A stretch of 64,000 nucleotides of DNA from Carcharhinus amblyrhynchos (lineage: Eukaryota), in NCBI GenBank assembly GCA_965287045.1, contig OZ336899.1, forward strand, positions 14,074,001-14,138,000, written 5' to 3'. This document shows positions 1 through 12,049 of the stretch, in pieces. Under the pieces are notes generated by a model, which saw only the letters and a list, made by a program, of their open reading frames with translations, was not told where the DNA came from and ran no database searches. The translations under genes and the position numbers were made by a program. Position 1 is the stretch's first letter. Each line of letters starts with the position of its first letter.

Positions 1-79
1 TGTGTCGCCAGTGAGACACGGATTTCACCTGCTGACTGGCAAGCATGCGATTCACCTGTCAATGACCGCACTGGATAAA

Positions 80-533
80 CTGTCTGAGTTCCAAGGTTGT
101 TGTATGAGGAGCACTTGAGGATTTTGGATCTGTACTCATTGAGTTTAGAAGGATGAGGGGGGATCTTATTGAAACCTACAGGATACTGCGAGGCCTGGAT
201 AGAGTGTTCATGGAGAAGATGTTTCCACTAGTAGGAAAAATTAGAACCAGAGGGCCCAACCTCAGGCTAAAGGAACGATCCTTTAAAACAGAGATGAGGA
301 GGAATTTCTTCAGCCAGAGAGTGGTGAACCTGTGGAACTCTTTGCCGCAGAAGGCTGTGGAGGCCAGGTCATTGAGTGTCCTTAAGACAGAGATAGATAG
401 GTTCTTGACTGATAAGGGGATCAGGAGTTATGGGGAAAAGGCAGGAGAATGGGGATGAGAGAAATATCAGTGATGATTGAATGGCGGAGCAGACTCGATG
501 GGCCGAGTGGGCTAATTCTGCTCCTATGTCTTT
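80..533 (+). mobile_element. CR1-type LINE, 5'-truncated ORF2 C-terminus and 3' tail
   Basis: MRGDLIETYRIL...RRNFFSQRVVNLWNSLP is the CR1 ORF2 C-terminal signature; similar copy at 51638-52002. Confidence 0.9.
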
Positions 534-554
534 TGATCATCATGAGACTCAATT

Positions 555-678
555 GTCAGAATTTTACTGTCCCACCTGCCCTAGAATTGGGGTGGGCGAG
601 GCTTGCAGAACGTCATTCTCTGTTGGCTTTGGGCAGGATATTAACAGCCTCGGGCGGGTGAGGTGGTAAAATTCCGGC
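555..678. mobile_element. Short palindromic MITE (Harbinger-like termini)
   Basis: Imperfect ~30-bp terminal inverted repeats gtcagaattttac / gtaaaattccggc; related pieces near 18635-18760 and 31246-31463. Confidence 0.5.
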
Positions 679-799
679 ACATTTGTTTGCATCTGTTGGG
701 AACCCCTTACCAACCAGAAAATGCTTTTGTCTCCATTACCACCAAAACACCAACAACAGTAAAGGAAGCTTCACTGGCTCTGTATTGGAGTAACAAGTT

Positions 800-1097
800 T
801 TAAGGTTTTTTTAAAGTTTATTTATTAGTGTCACAAGTAGGCTTCCATTAACACTGCAATGAAGTTACTGTGAAAATCCTCGAGTCGCCACACTCTGCTG
901 CTTGTTTGGGTACACTGAGGCAGAATTTAGCACGGCCGATGCATTTAACCAGCATGTCTTTTGGAGTGTGGGAGGAAATCCACATAGACAGAGGGAGAAC
1001 GTGCAGACTCTGCACAGACAACGACCCAAGCTGGGAATCGAACGCGGTCCCTGGTGCTGTGGGGCAGCAGTGCTAACCATTGTGCCACTGTGTTGCC
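800..1097 (-). mobile_element. V-SINE (HE1-like head and V-domain) with aaacttt-type tail
   Basis: tRNA-like head ggcacaatggttagcactgc / ttcgattccc, V-domain, tail ...cctacttgtgacactaataaataaacttt. Confidence 0.8.
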
Positions 1098-1252
1098 TCA
1101 AAACCCTCTACTGACAATAACACACTCTCCAACTGAGGGTTAAGTGTCTTCAAACTGAGGCTTCAGTCCAGATCTCTTTTGAAAAGCTGAAGCCCCAGTC
1201 CAAAGCCCCAAAAAGACTGAGAAAAGAATTCTGTTCACATGTGACGTCCTAC

Positions 1253-1446
1253 CTGATTTTCTGTTGGACCATAGCAGCTGTCCTTCGCTTTTGCCTCATT
1301 TTCCCATACTCCTTGTAGCTGCGGTAATACTGCTGGATAAGAACAGCTGCCCGCCGACTCTGCTGGAACTTCTTCTGCTCGTAGTAACTGCGGAACTTGC
1401 TCTGGATCAGGATGGCGGCCAGCGTCATCTTTTTGTAAAGTGCATA
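1253..1446 (-). CDS. CAMTA1: CAMTA exon, IQ motifs (YALYKKMTLAAILIQSKFRSYYEQKKFQQSRRAAVLIQQYYRSYKEYGK...QQKIR)
   Basis: Near-identical to the vertebrate CAMTA1 IQ region; acceptor cttccag|TAT, donor AG|gtagga; 194 nt, phase 0 to 2; gene continues beyond the left edge. Confidence 0.95.
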
Positions 1447-1748
1447 CTGGAAGAGCACAGAGGAGATCCCGGTCAGGAAGGGGATGGATGTGGAGAGAGG
1501 GGGACCCTGAAAAGAAAGGTGAATGGGGGCCAGGGTGTGGAGAAGGGTCCCTCATTAAAATGATCACCCCTGCCTCAATCACCCCAGCCACAGCAACCTC
1601 AATATTCCAGGACCTTCACTTCAACTGGCTACCAACAAGGCTAAACAGCAACAACAGAAAGAACATAAGGAATTGGAGTGGGCCCCAAACCCAAGCTTGC
1701 TTCACCAGTCAGCAAAGACATGAGTGATCCTCTCTCACAGCTCCACTT

Positions 1749-2562
1749 AGAGTCATAGAGATTTACAGCATGGAAACAATCCCTTCAGCCCAACTTGTCC
1801 ATGCTGCCTTTTTTTTTAAACCCCTTAGGCTAATCCCAATTACCCGCATATGGTCCATATCCCTCTGTACCCAACTTACCCATGTAACTATCTAAATGTT
1901 TCTTAAAAGACAAAATTGTGCCCGCCTCTACTACTACCTCTGGCAGCTTGTTCCAGACACTCACCACCCACTGTGTGAGGAAATTGCCGCTCTGGACACT
2001 TTTGTATCTCTTCCCTCTCACCTTAAACCTATGCCGTCTAGTTTTAGACTCCCCTACCTTTGGGAAAAGATATTGACTATCTAACTGATTTGTGCCCCTC
2101 ATTATTTTATAGACCTCTATAAGATCACCCCTCAGCCTCCTACGCTCCAGAGAAAAAAGTCCCAATCTATCCAGCCTCTCCTTATAACTCAAACCATCAA
2201 GTCCCGGTAGCATCCTAGTGAATCTTTTCTGCATTCCTTCTAGTTTAATAATATCCTTTCTATAATAGGGTGACCAGAACTTTACACAATATTTCAAGAG
2301 TAGCCTCGCCAATGTCCTGCACAACTGCAACAAGTCATCCCAACTCATGTGTTCAATGTTCTGACCAATGAAACTAAGCATGTTGAATGCCTTCTTCGCC
2401 ACTCTGTCCACCCATGACTCCACATTCAAGGAGTTATGAACAAGTACCCCTAGATCTCTTTGTTCTGTAACTTTCCCCAGTGCCCTACCATTAACTGAGT
2501 AATTCCTGCCCCGGTTCAATCTACCAAAATGCATCGCCTCGCATTAGTCTAAATTAAACTCC
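1749..2562 (-). mobile_element. CR1-type LINE 3' fragment
   Basis: 234-aa ORF with YCVKFWSP..KDI, RRLRGDLIEVYKI and VVSVWNKLP; tandem ctctatga tail. Confidence 0.9.
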
Positions 2563-2778
2563 TCCCTTTTCCCGTATATCCCGCAATTCCCTGCGTGCCT
2601 ATAAAAATAATGGAGGGGAAAACATAGATATCTTTGAATCAGTAATCATTGACTTTGATACCTCATTTACTGTTTTCCTGCCTGGATAAAGCTGGCCAAC
2701 ACATATAGGCTGCAAGCTTAACCTACAACCACCTACTAGAAAACATATACAGGTCAACGCCCAACTGCAGTGTACCAT

Positions 2779-3053
2779 GGGGTTGCCAACTCTGCCTGGA
2801 TGTATTCCTGGAGCTTTCATTGCATGGCCAATTGGCCAAGCATCCCAGTAAATTTTTATTTTCAAAATTTTATAGCTAATTAAAAAAAGCATTCACAGGA
2901 AATGAAAAATAAACACACCATTTTTCAACATTCTCTTGCGATTTTTCTCCCCCTGTTTTGCTCACTGCTTTTGCAGAGTGGCGGTGGTGATGAGGGGGAT
3001 TAATCTTTAATTCCAGGAGACTCCAGGATGATCCTGGAGGGTTGGCAGTCCCT
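2779..3053. mobile_element. Old MITE with GGGTTGCCAAC-type TIRs (hAT-Blackjack-like)
   Basis: ggggttgccaac ... gttggcagtccct; diverged copies at ~26470-26550, 27068-27455, 34048-34317 and 52900-53146. Confidence 0.55.
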
Positions 3054-4098
3054 ATACTCTACATTGATCATTCTGGATAAGTTGAAGCCAGAGTGTGGAG
3101 GCATCAAAGCTCACTCTATTGGCAGGCGGCTCGCGAAAGACTAGTTTAGCATTTTCCCTGCTGGCAGCAGGAACATGCGGCTGTGCGAGAATCCTTGCGT
3201 TGTAACAGGATTAGATACAAATAGCAGTGACCCCACCACACACTGAGAGACCGCTTCCATATCGCAGATAAACTCACTTGAATCTACGAGAATAAGATTC
3301 AGTTTGTGGGAGAAGCTGGGCTTGTTCTTCTGGGAGCAGAAAAGCTGAATGGGAGGTTTAATACATTCCAAGTCCTGGAAGGGGGGGAGGTTGGTTTCAT
3401 TGAGTAAATAAGGAAAATTATTTCCATTGCCAGGGGCATTGTTAGCCAAAGAACAGAGATTTAGCGGCAGAAGAAACTGGGGATGGGAGAATGGTTGGTG
3501 ATGGGGGATGATTTAGGTGCTGAGGGGTGTGGGGGTGGGGAGGGTGTTGGGAGGGTTAGAGCAAATTGTTTCTTCTTGCGCTGTTATGAGCTGGAAAGCA
3601 CTGCCCGAAAACACTCTGGGAGCAAATTCAGTTATAACTTTCAAAAGGGAATGGGATAAATCCTTGACAAGGAAACACCTGGAAGGCCATTGGGAAAGAA
3701 CAGAGGAGTGGGGCTAATTGGAATGCTTTTACAAAGAGCTGGCTTGCACAGGCATGATGGACCGAGTGGACTCCATCAATGCTGTATCATTCTATGATGA
3801 GGTCAGGGCAGGCAGATCCCAGTTTTTTTCCCTCTCACTCTGCACTGCAACCTGTTCACAAAGCAACACTTTCTTTTAAAATGAAGATGAAACCACACAC
3901 TGTTGCATGGTGTCTGAAGGCTTCAATGAACAGAAAAGATTTGCTGCAAATCCACATGGACAGTGGCTGGACAAGCAGTACGTGTGCACACAATGCTTGA
4001 GGCGACTGTGTCTCGGCTCAACATATTTGGAAGTACAGGGCAGAAGGGGTGACAGGAAAGACAACATTTCTGTTTTTTTATTCCATGGCAGCACAATA

Positions 4099-4408
4099 GT
4101 TTAAAGTTTATTTTCGTTAGTGTCACTAGTCGGCTTACACGCCGACACACTGCAATGAAGTTACTGTGAAAATCCCCTAGTCGCCACATTCCGGTGCCTG
4201 TTCGGGTACACTGAGGGAGAATTTAGCACGGCCAATGCGTCTGACCAGCACGTCTTTCGGACTGTGGGAGAAAACTGGAGCACCTGGAGGAAACCCATGC
4301 AGACACAGGGCGAACATGCAGACTCTGCATTGACCCAAACCGGGAATTGAACCCATGTTCCAGGCACTGTGAGGCAGCAGTGCTAACCGCTGTGCCACTG
4401 TATCGCCC
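4099..4408 (-). mobile_element. V-SINE, aaacttt-type tail
   Basis: Full head (A/B-box-like), V-domain and tail. Confidence 0.85.
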
Positions 4409-4998
4409 AATAATTATGCAGATAGAGTAAGATGAAGTGGGTTAGGAGGAGGTTTGAGTGGACCATAGCACCAACATCAAACAGCTGGGTTGAATGGCCT
4501 CTTTCTGTGTTACAAATTCTATGCCATTATATGTATGTAATTTTAATAATTTTGAATGCTTTGTTTAAATCTACCCATAACCTTCTCTGCTCTAAAGACA
4601 GCAAGCTCATCTTCTCCAGTTCTCCAATAACTGAAGTCCCACATTCCCAATCCCATTCTAATAAATCTCTCCTGCACTTTCTAAAAAGTGAGAAGGGCTC
4701 ACACAAAAATAGCTTAATCTGATTTTAATTATAATTCGAATGGAACATTTTGATTTGTTCTGGAAGGATTCTACTCGGCATATGGAGACAGCAAGTAGCA
4801 ACCCCAACGTCACTGCCTTCAGAGATCTCAATATGGTGCTCAGAACTTAAAAAGTTTCATTAAAAAATAGCAACACAAGCTTATTCCCAAATACCACTTC
4901 ATAACGCTTGGTCGCATAGTGACTGACAAAGAAATTGCTGAATATCACAGCAGTGTGCAATGAATCAGACCAACATTTCATTTGTGTAATTGCATTAC

Positions 4999-5019
4999 CT
5001 TCAAGGCTATCCATGTAAG
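4999..5019 (-). CDS. CAMTA1: CAMTA 21-nt microexon encoding LTWIALK
   Basis: ctttgcaag|CTTACATGGATAGCCTTGAAG|gtaatg; phase 0-0; peptide recalled from vertebrate CAMTA1/2 isoforms between ...YRKYKQ and YALYKK. Confidence 0.9.
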
Positions 5020-6007
5020 CTTGCAAAGTGAATACAATAGACCATTAGTACCAGAGAAAAAAGAACTCTTCAATTCAAGAGGGGAGCTTGTTCTAATTGG
5101 TGCTGGGACACAAGCTGCATCTATACAACGTCTTAACTTAGAAAATTATCCCAAAAGTACTTCCCAGAGGCATAATCTTAGCCAAAGAAAGGATGATTAG
5201 TACAGCTCAATCATTCTGCTTTATGATTGACAGCATACAGTTCAAAAGAGTGTGTTTTAAAGAGAGTCTGGGAGGAAGAGAAGTGGGGTGGGGGTGCTCG
5301 AGAAGCATGAGGATTAGGGCAACTTTTAATCTCTTAAGCACAAATATGGTTGATCTTTGGTATTCTGAAGCCATGTGCCAATTCACCATCCCTTTGTCAG
5401 AAGACCGAATAAGAAGAGGACAAGACTATTCAGTCCCTTAGGTTTGTCCTGTCAATGCAGTTAGATCATGGCTGGCCCATCTTGGTTCCATAACCTTTAA
5501 TTTTCCTTGCCTGTCAAACCAAAACATATTGAATCGACTGGATTGGGGACCATTGGTTTCACACCCTTCCAATTTTATTCGCTGTTGAAGCTAGTATTGG
5601 ATGGAGTGTAAAACCAGTATTCCACTAGATCCCCTGAGATTTCTGTCCATCGAGATAGGTTATAATTCACCCCACGTTCCCCCAGCTCTTCACATCTAGG
5701 GACCTGACCAAATTATGTCAATTCAGGGGAAAAGCAGGCAGCGGAAGCCAATTTAAATCTCACTGAACTGATATCCAAGATCAAGTTCTACAGGACACAG
5801 GCAGGGTTAAACTGTGCAGCAGAAAATTCACAAACAAATCAGGAAATAGGCATTGGATGGCCCCAAGATCAAAGCTTTTGAAAAAAAAAATGATTGGAGG
5901 AAGAAGAAATGGCAAAGGGTGGCGGAGCTAGACTTCTGGGAATTATTCTCAGTAATAGAAGACAGCGCAGCATGTCTTGAATTCAACACAGTGAGAATGC
6001 AGAGAGG

Positions 6008-6247
6008 CATGGGTGTGTAGGATGGTGCACTGGGGAGTAAGATGGTGCATGAGTGTGTAAGATGTGCATGGGCGTGTAAGATGGTGCATGAGTGTGTAAG
6101 CTGTGCATGGGCGTGTAAGATGGTGCATGAATGTGTAAGATTTGCATGGGCATGTAAGATGGTGCATTGATGTGTAGGACGGTGCATGGGTGTGTAAGAT
6201 GGTGCATGGGTGTAAAATGGTACACTGTGTGTAAGATGGTGCATGGA
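6008..6247. repeat. ~19-20-bp minisatellite (gtgtaagatggtgcatgg), ~12 copies
   Basis: Direct tandem periodicity; explains the repetitive His/Thr ORFs at 5828-6430. Confidence 0.9.
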
Positions 6248-6777
6248 AGAAAATGGAAACACATTAATCAAAGTAACCTCAGTGAAATCATGGGAGACAA
6301 GAAGGATGATGTCCGAAAGAGGGAGATTGGAGCCCAGAGTATCAGTGCACTGTGAAAACCTAGTGGGCTTCAGAAGAGATACCAGGAGATACCAGTATCT
6401 AACATTGGGAGCTAATCTGTAAGTTTCCAATGCTGCTCCTCTTGTGGTTCTCTTGCCATCTGTTTTGTATCATTTGTGTAACTGGGCCCAGGCTGAGTGT
6501 TTTTTTTACAGTTTTTGTGAATATTTTCTCAAAAATGATGGCTGTTAGCGTTTGGGAATGGGACACTTCCAAGATACAGCACCCATATTTGGGATATGGA
6601 CAGTTAAATGAGAATCTCCCACTATGTTGCCCATTAATCACCAATATCTGAAGTATGGATAGTTAGATGCAAAATAAGGTTCCCTCCACCCTGCCTTGTC
6701 AAGTACTCCCAGGTTAGCCAAAGCACAGGTTAGATGCATAGTAAAAATTTCCTCTGCTTTTGCCCCAAAAGTGTGCC

Positions 6778-7129
6778 ATTTTTTCTTGTATTCATTTGTG
6801 AGACCTGGGCGTCACTAGTTGGCCAGCATTTATTGCCCATCCCTAGTTGCCCTTGTTCAGAGGGCAATTGAGAAACAGCCACACTGCTGTGGCTCTGCAG
6901 TCACATGGAGGCCAGACCAGGTAAGGATGGCCGATTTCCTTCCCTGAAGGATATTAGTGAACCAGATGGGTTTTTTCGACAATCAACAATGGTCATCAGT
7001 AGATTCTTAATTCCAGATTTTTAAAATTCAATTCAATCTGCTATAGTGGGATTCGAACCCAGGTCCCCAGAACATTAGCTGAGTTTCTGGATTAATAATC
7101 TAGCAATAATATCACTAGGCCATCGCCTC
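6778..7129 (-). mobile_element. tRNA-derived SINE, third family (ggcaataaatgctggcc tail)
   Basis: Head gatggcctagtg...gggttcgaatccc; same body as 14361-14720. Confidence 0.75.
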
Positions 7130-8154
7130 AGTACAATCTCTTGAAGACCAGCCCCCAACTTAACATGGCCAATCAACCTAATCTGTACATCTTTGGGGTG
7201 TGGGAGAAAATCTGAGCTCACGGAGGAAACCCACACAGACACAACAAGAATGTGCAAACTCCACACAGACAATGACCCCAGGCTGGAATTGAATCTGCAC
7301 TGGCACTGTGAGGCAGCAGTGTCATCATGCTGCCCTGGGATAATCTCTGAACAACAGGCGAACTACTGCAGGGCACATGGAACAATGGGCAGAACATTTA
7401 GCTTGGGCGGAGAGACATAAAAAAGGAGACTCTTTCATTACTTCCAATAGAAGATGTGGTGCAGGTCCTGTGTACAGGAGCACAGAGATTTTCTGACTGT
7501 GCTGGGAACAGAGAGAACTATTTAGTTTCATTCTAGAGTTGCTGCTATTTTGGAGCTGGATTTCTTGACAAACTCATTACAGAGTAGGTAGAGCTCTCAT
7601 CTCTCCCAAAGAGATGCGATGTGACATGTTCAGTGAAGTGTGACAGTAAACTCCTGCTGTGGTGCAAGTAATTACTGAGGCCAGATGGGTTAGCAAGTCG
7701 GAGACTCTTTATGTGATGTATAACAGTGCGTCAATAAAGGAGCATCAATGTCACATCTTTTAGCCCCTCACAAATAAAAATTAAAATCACTTCAAGCCAA
7801 CCACCTCCCTTTAGAATCATAGAATCATGCAGTGCAGAGGAGGCCCATTAGCCCATCGAGTCTGCACCGGTGTGGATTAAACATCTAACCTCTCACCTAA
7901 TCCCATTCACCAGCACTTGGCCCATAGCCTGTATTGCAAATGGATTGATTTTCACTTTTAGCAATGTGTTTAGGCTGATTTTTCTTCTGAATGTTCCTCT
8001 TTTGTTCCCAAAACTGTACACAAACTCTGAATGTGAGACACGTTTCACTATCTGCTAAACAAACTTGTCACTCTTTCCTCACTCTATAGGATATGTCATC
8101 CCAAATTTAAGATCAGCCAGCCACTGTTACTGCTTAAGTCTTCTTTCAGTGTTT

Positions 8155-8470
8155 TCATAGAATAGAATCCCTACATTGCAGAGGAGGCCATTTGGCCCAT
8201 CGAGCTTGCACCGACAACAATCTCACCCACGTCCCAACCCTGTAACCCCATGTATTTACCCTCCTAATCCCCCTGAGAGTAATGTGCAATTTATCTTGGC
8301 CAATCCACCTAACCTGCACATCTTCGGACCGTGGGAGGAAAATGAAGCACCTGGAGGAAACCCACGCAGACACAGAGAGAATATGTATACTCCGCACAGA
8401 CAGTGACCTGAGGCCGGAATTGATCCTGGATCCCTGGCACTGTGAGGCAGCAGTACTAACCACTGTGCCA
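8155..8470 (-). mobile_element. HE1-like V-SINE with CR1-like tail (gattctat repeats)
   Basis: Head, V-domain and tail gatgggccaaatggcctcc...gggattctattctatg. Confidence 0.85.
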
Positions 8471-8654
8471 TGATATTGGGAAAAAAATGCTGTAAATTGA
8501 AGTCCAGCCAATTTCCAAACAGTACCTTAGTTTTAAACAAAGAGTTAATGTCCCAAAGCCAAGTATCAGATCTACCAATGTTAGCACAATCAGCAACTGT
8601 GGAAACTCCCAGCGCAACAGTTGACATGTGTCCATCTGATTTGTTTTGGTAGGT

Positions 8655-9289
8655 TTCACTCGCGAGGGGGATTGAATATAAAAGTAGGGAGGTCTTGCTG
8701 CAGCTGTATAGGGCATTGGTGAGGCCGCAGCTGGAGTACTGTGTGCAGTTTTGGGCGCCGCACCTGCGCAAGGATATTTTGGCCCTGGAGGGAGTGCAGA
8801 GGAGGTTTACTAGGCTGATACCGGAGTTGAGGGGATTGAGCTATGAGGGGAGGCTGAATAAACTAGGCTTGTACTCGTTAGAGTTTAGAAGAATGAGGGG
8901 AGATCTCATTGAGACGTATAAGATGATGAATGGGATGGATAGGATAGAGGTGGAGAGACTCTTCCCGCTCAAAAAAGACAGTAGGACTAGGGGGCACAGC
9001 CTCAAGATAAAGGGGAGGCGGTTTAGAACGGAGTTGAGGAGGAACTTCTTCACTCAAAGGGTGGTGAATCTCTGGAATTCTCTGCCCGTTGAAGTGGTGG
9101 AGGCTGCCTCACTAAATATTTTTAAGAAGCGGGTTGATGGGTTCTTGATAAGAGAGGGGATTAAGGGTTATGGGGAGAGGGCGGGAAAGTGGAACTGAGC
9201 CACAACAGATCAGCCATGATCTTACTGAATGGCGGGGCAGGCTCGAAGGGCTAGATGGCCTACTCCTGCTCCTATTTCTCATGTTCTTA
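8655..9289 (+). mobile_element. Young CR1 LINE, 5'-truncated
   Basis: Open 167-aa ORF2 C-terminus running to the native stop; ~96% identical (manual count) to the 19380-20193 copy. Confidence 0.92.
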
Positions 9290-9317
9290 AAGTGTCTTCC
9301 CATTACCCCCAACACTC

Positions 9318-9663
9318 CTTTTATTATTCATTCATGGGACATGGGCATCACTGGCTGGCCAGCATTTATTGCCATCTCTAGTTGCTCTTGGAGGGCAGTT
9401 GTGAATCAATCACATTGCTGTGGCTCTGGAGTCACATATAGGCCAGACCGGGTAAGGACGGCAGATTTCCTTCCCTAAAGGAAAGTGAATAGATGGGATT
9501 TTTTTCTGACAATCAGCAATGATTTCACAGTTATCAGCAGATTCTTAATTCCAGATTCTTTTTATATTGAATTCAGATTGCATCGTGGCAGGATTCGAAC
9601 CCAGATCTCCAGAACATTGGCTGAGTTTCTGAATTAATAATTCCACTAGGCCATCGCCTCCCC
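9318..9663 (-). mobile_element. tRNA-derived SINE, third family
   Basis: Reverse complement of 14361-14720. Confidence 0.8.
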
Positions 9664-9982
9664 TGAAGGTGTTACTTGCTAATGTTGTATTTTACGGACA
9701 CTGCTGTGCCCCACCATCAACACTATCTGAGTGGCCATGTGGCGAAGATAGACAGCGATTGTTGACAAGCTATTCCCCCTGTGAGGGCACCGGGGCCAAG
9801 TTAGATCCTACCCGAGGGAGGTGGGGGATGGTGGATGGGGAACCCTGACTGGTATTTCCTCTCCCACTAACTCAGTAACACTAAGCCCCAGTACAGCTAA
9901 CAGAGCACATATGGCTTGGTTGTCCATGCTGCTTTGTGGGTGCCCCCTCCACAACATGCAAAGTGTCACTTTTCATTTTTAC

Positions 9983-10054
9983 CTGTTTATATTTTCTATA
10001 GCAGCGCTGAATGACAGCAACAGCCATTTCCTGTTGTTCCCTGAAAGGACGTCC
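9983..10054 (-). CDS. CAMTA1: CAMTA exon, IQ-like motif (GRPFREQQEMAVAVIQRCYRKYKQ)
   Basis: Not in the ORF track; tttttttag|GGA...CAG|gtaaaa; 72 nt, phase 0-0; matches CAMTA1 GRPLREQQEVAAAVIQRCYRKYKQ. Confidence 0.95.
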
Positions 10055-10476
10055 CTAAAAAAAGGAAAACATGATGTTACCAACTGCGACTCTCCACACT
10101 TCCTTTCAGAATCATAGACTGATACAGCAAAGAGGGAGGGCATTCAGCCCATCAGGCCTGTGCCAGCACTTTGGTCGAGCTACTCAATTAATCCCACTCT
10201 CCTGCTCTTTTCCCATAGCCCTGTAATATGTTTCTCTTCACAAATGAATCTAATTCTCTTTTGGAAGTCACCACTGAATCTGTTTCAACCACCATTTCAC
10301 ATAGAATCCCTACAGTGCAGAAACAGGCCGTTTGGCCCATCGAGTCCTCACTGACTCTCCAAAACAGCATCTCACTAAAGCCCATCTCGCCCAGATCACA
10401 CCATCTTGTAAAAAGGTTTTGTTTCCACTTGTCACGTTTTGCCAATCACTTTAATCCTGTGGTTACTGACTGTTGT

Positions 10477-10671
10477 AAGAAGTCTCACAACATCAGGTTA
10501 AAGTCCAATAGGTTTATTTGGTAGCACAAGCCACTAGCTTTCATAGTGCTGTCCCTCAGCGCTTCCAAAGCTAATGGCTTGTGCTACCAAATAAACTTGC
10601 TGGACTTTAACCTGGTGTTGTGAGACCTCTTACTGTGGTTACCCTAGTCCAACGCCAGCATCTCCACGTTG
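10477..10671. mobile_element. Palindromic Penelope-like remnant (family A) with a 13-bp TSD
   Basis: ~65-bp inverted arms aagaagtctcacaac...agcttt / aaagct...gagacctctt plus extension; flanked by tactgactgttgt at 10464-10476 and 10672-10684. Confidence 0.75.
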
Positions 10672-11059
10672 TACTGACTGTTGTGCCATTTTTCTATATC
10701 AATACCTGTTATTTATATTTTGGCAATCTTTCTACCCGCGCCCCCACCTTTTACTGAAAGGGGTTCCACAGACATGAGATACCCTCCAGTATACCCACCT
10801 GTAAGTGCGTGTATGTTGTCATTGGCCATGGTACAGGAATTGGCTACTTTTGTGTCTCAACTGCCAATTCCTGTATCATGGCCAATGACAACACAAACGC
10901 ACTTATCAATGCAGGTGACTAGGCATTGATCTTAAACAGCACAGATGGCTGATGTTACACATCTCAGCCCCAGAGATGGTGACGCTGCAGGAATGTTCCA
11001 CAGAGCAATTGAACTCTTAAAACCCAGAGAATATTATTGAAATAAAAGAAACACAATGG

Positions 11060-11405
11060 CCAATTTAATCTCAGAAGGGTCCCACAAACTGCAATGAGAT
11101 AATTGCTAGATAATCTGGAGAGATGTTTGTTTGAGAGGTCAATATTGGGTCAGGACACCAGAGAGAACAACCTAGTTCTTTTGAAAAATGGAATGATGTG
11201 ATTTTTTTAACGTCCAAAAGAGAAGGAAGACAGGGCTGATTTTAACACGACAGCTAGAAGACAGCACCTCCAACAGTGCAGCACCCCTCAGTACAGGCAC
11301 TGGGAGTGTTGGCCTGGACCAAGTGCTCAAGTACCTGCAGTGGGACTTGAACCCATGACCAGCTGGCTCAAAGGCAAGGGTGCTACCCTCGAACCACAGC
11401 TGAAA
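11060..11405 (-). mobile_element. DeuSINE / SacSINE1-like SINE
   Basis: tRNA-like head (gggttcaagtccc) and Deu-like core gcactgttggaggtgctgtcttc; copies near 22560-22810, 29700-29980, 37940-38170 and 48250-48650. Confidence 0.65.
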
Positions 11406-11485
11406 ACAAGCTGACACACGGACACAGGACATGTTTGTACGCTGCAACTCACATGCTGATCCTATGTGAGGACAGCGCCTCTAAC

Positions 11486-11732
11486 CTTGTATTTCCGGAA
11501 GGCAGTTTGCACCAGCTTGGCAGCCTCGTACAGCTCTCTCTGCTCGTGGTCTGACAAGGTCAGCTGGGCAAATTCATTCTCCATCTTTTCACTGGTCGAC
11601 GCGCTCAGGAACTCGGACCAATCGGCTGCTGACGGGAGAGTGGGTTTCTCAAAATTAACCTCGCTGCTTGGTGACAAGGCGGGGCTTTGGCTTGCATTGG
11701 AGGGAGGAGTCAGGGGCTCACTGTACAAAGAC
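11486..11732 (-). CDS. CAMTA1: CAMTA exon (SLYSEPLTP...SAADWSEFLSASTSEKMENEFAQLTLSDHEQRELYEAAKLVQTAFRKYK)
   Basis: ttctag|G TCT, AAG|gttaga; 247 nt, phase 2 to 0; conserved CAMTA pre-IQ segment. Confidence 0.95.
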
Positions 11733-12049
11733 CTAGAATATAAAAGGAAAGTGGGGAAGGAGGAGTTTAGGTAAAGATGATCAGTCATATTGTGAGCTCA
11801 CAAACATAGAAACTAGACGCAGGAGTAGGCCGTTTGACCCTTCGAGCCTGCTCTGCTATTCATTATGATCATGGCCGATCATCAAATTCAATATCCTGGT
11901 TCCCCCTTTCCCCCATCTCCCTTGATCCCTTTAGCCCCAACAGCGGTATCTAATCTCTTCTTGAAATCACACAATGTTTTGAACAAGGTATCTATCACCT
12001 GGCAACTGGTTTTCATCTAAATTGATAACAGCACTTTGAGCAAGGAGCC

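Noticed and set aside
6008-6247. RBFOX (TGCATG) cluster regulating the microexon
   Set aside because: TGCATG is on the plus strand; the CAMTA pre-mRNA reads CATGCA
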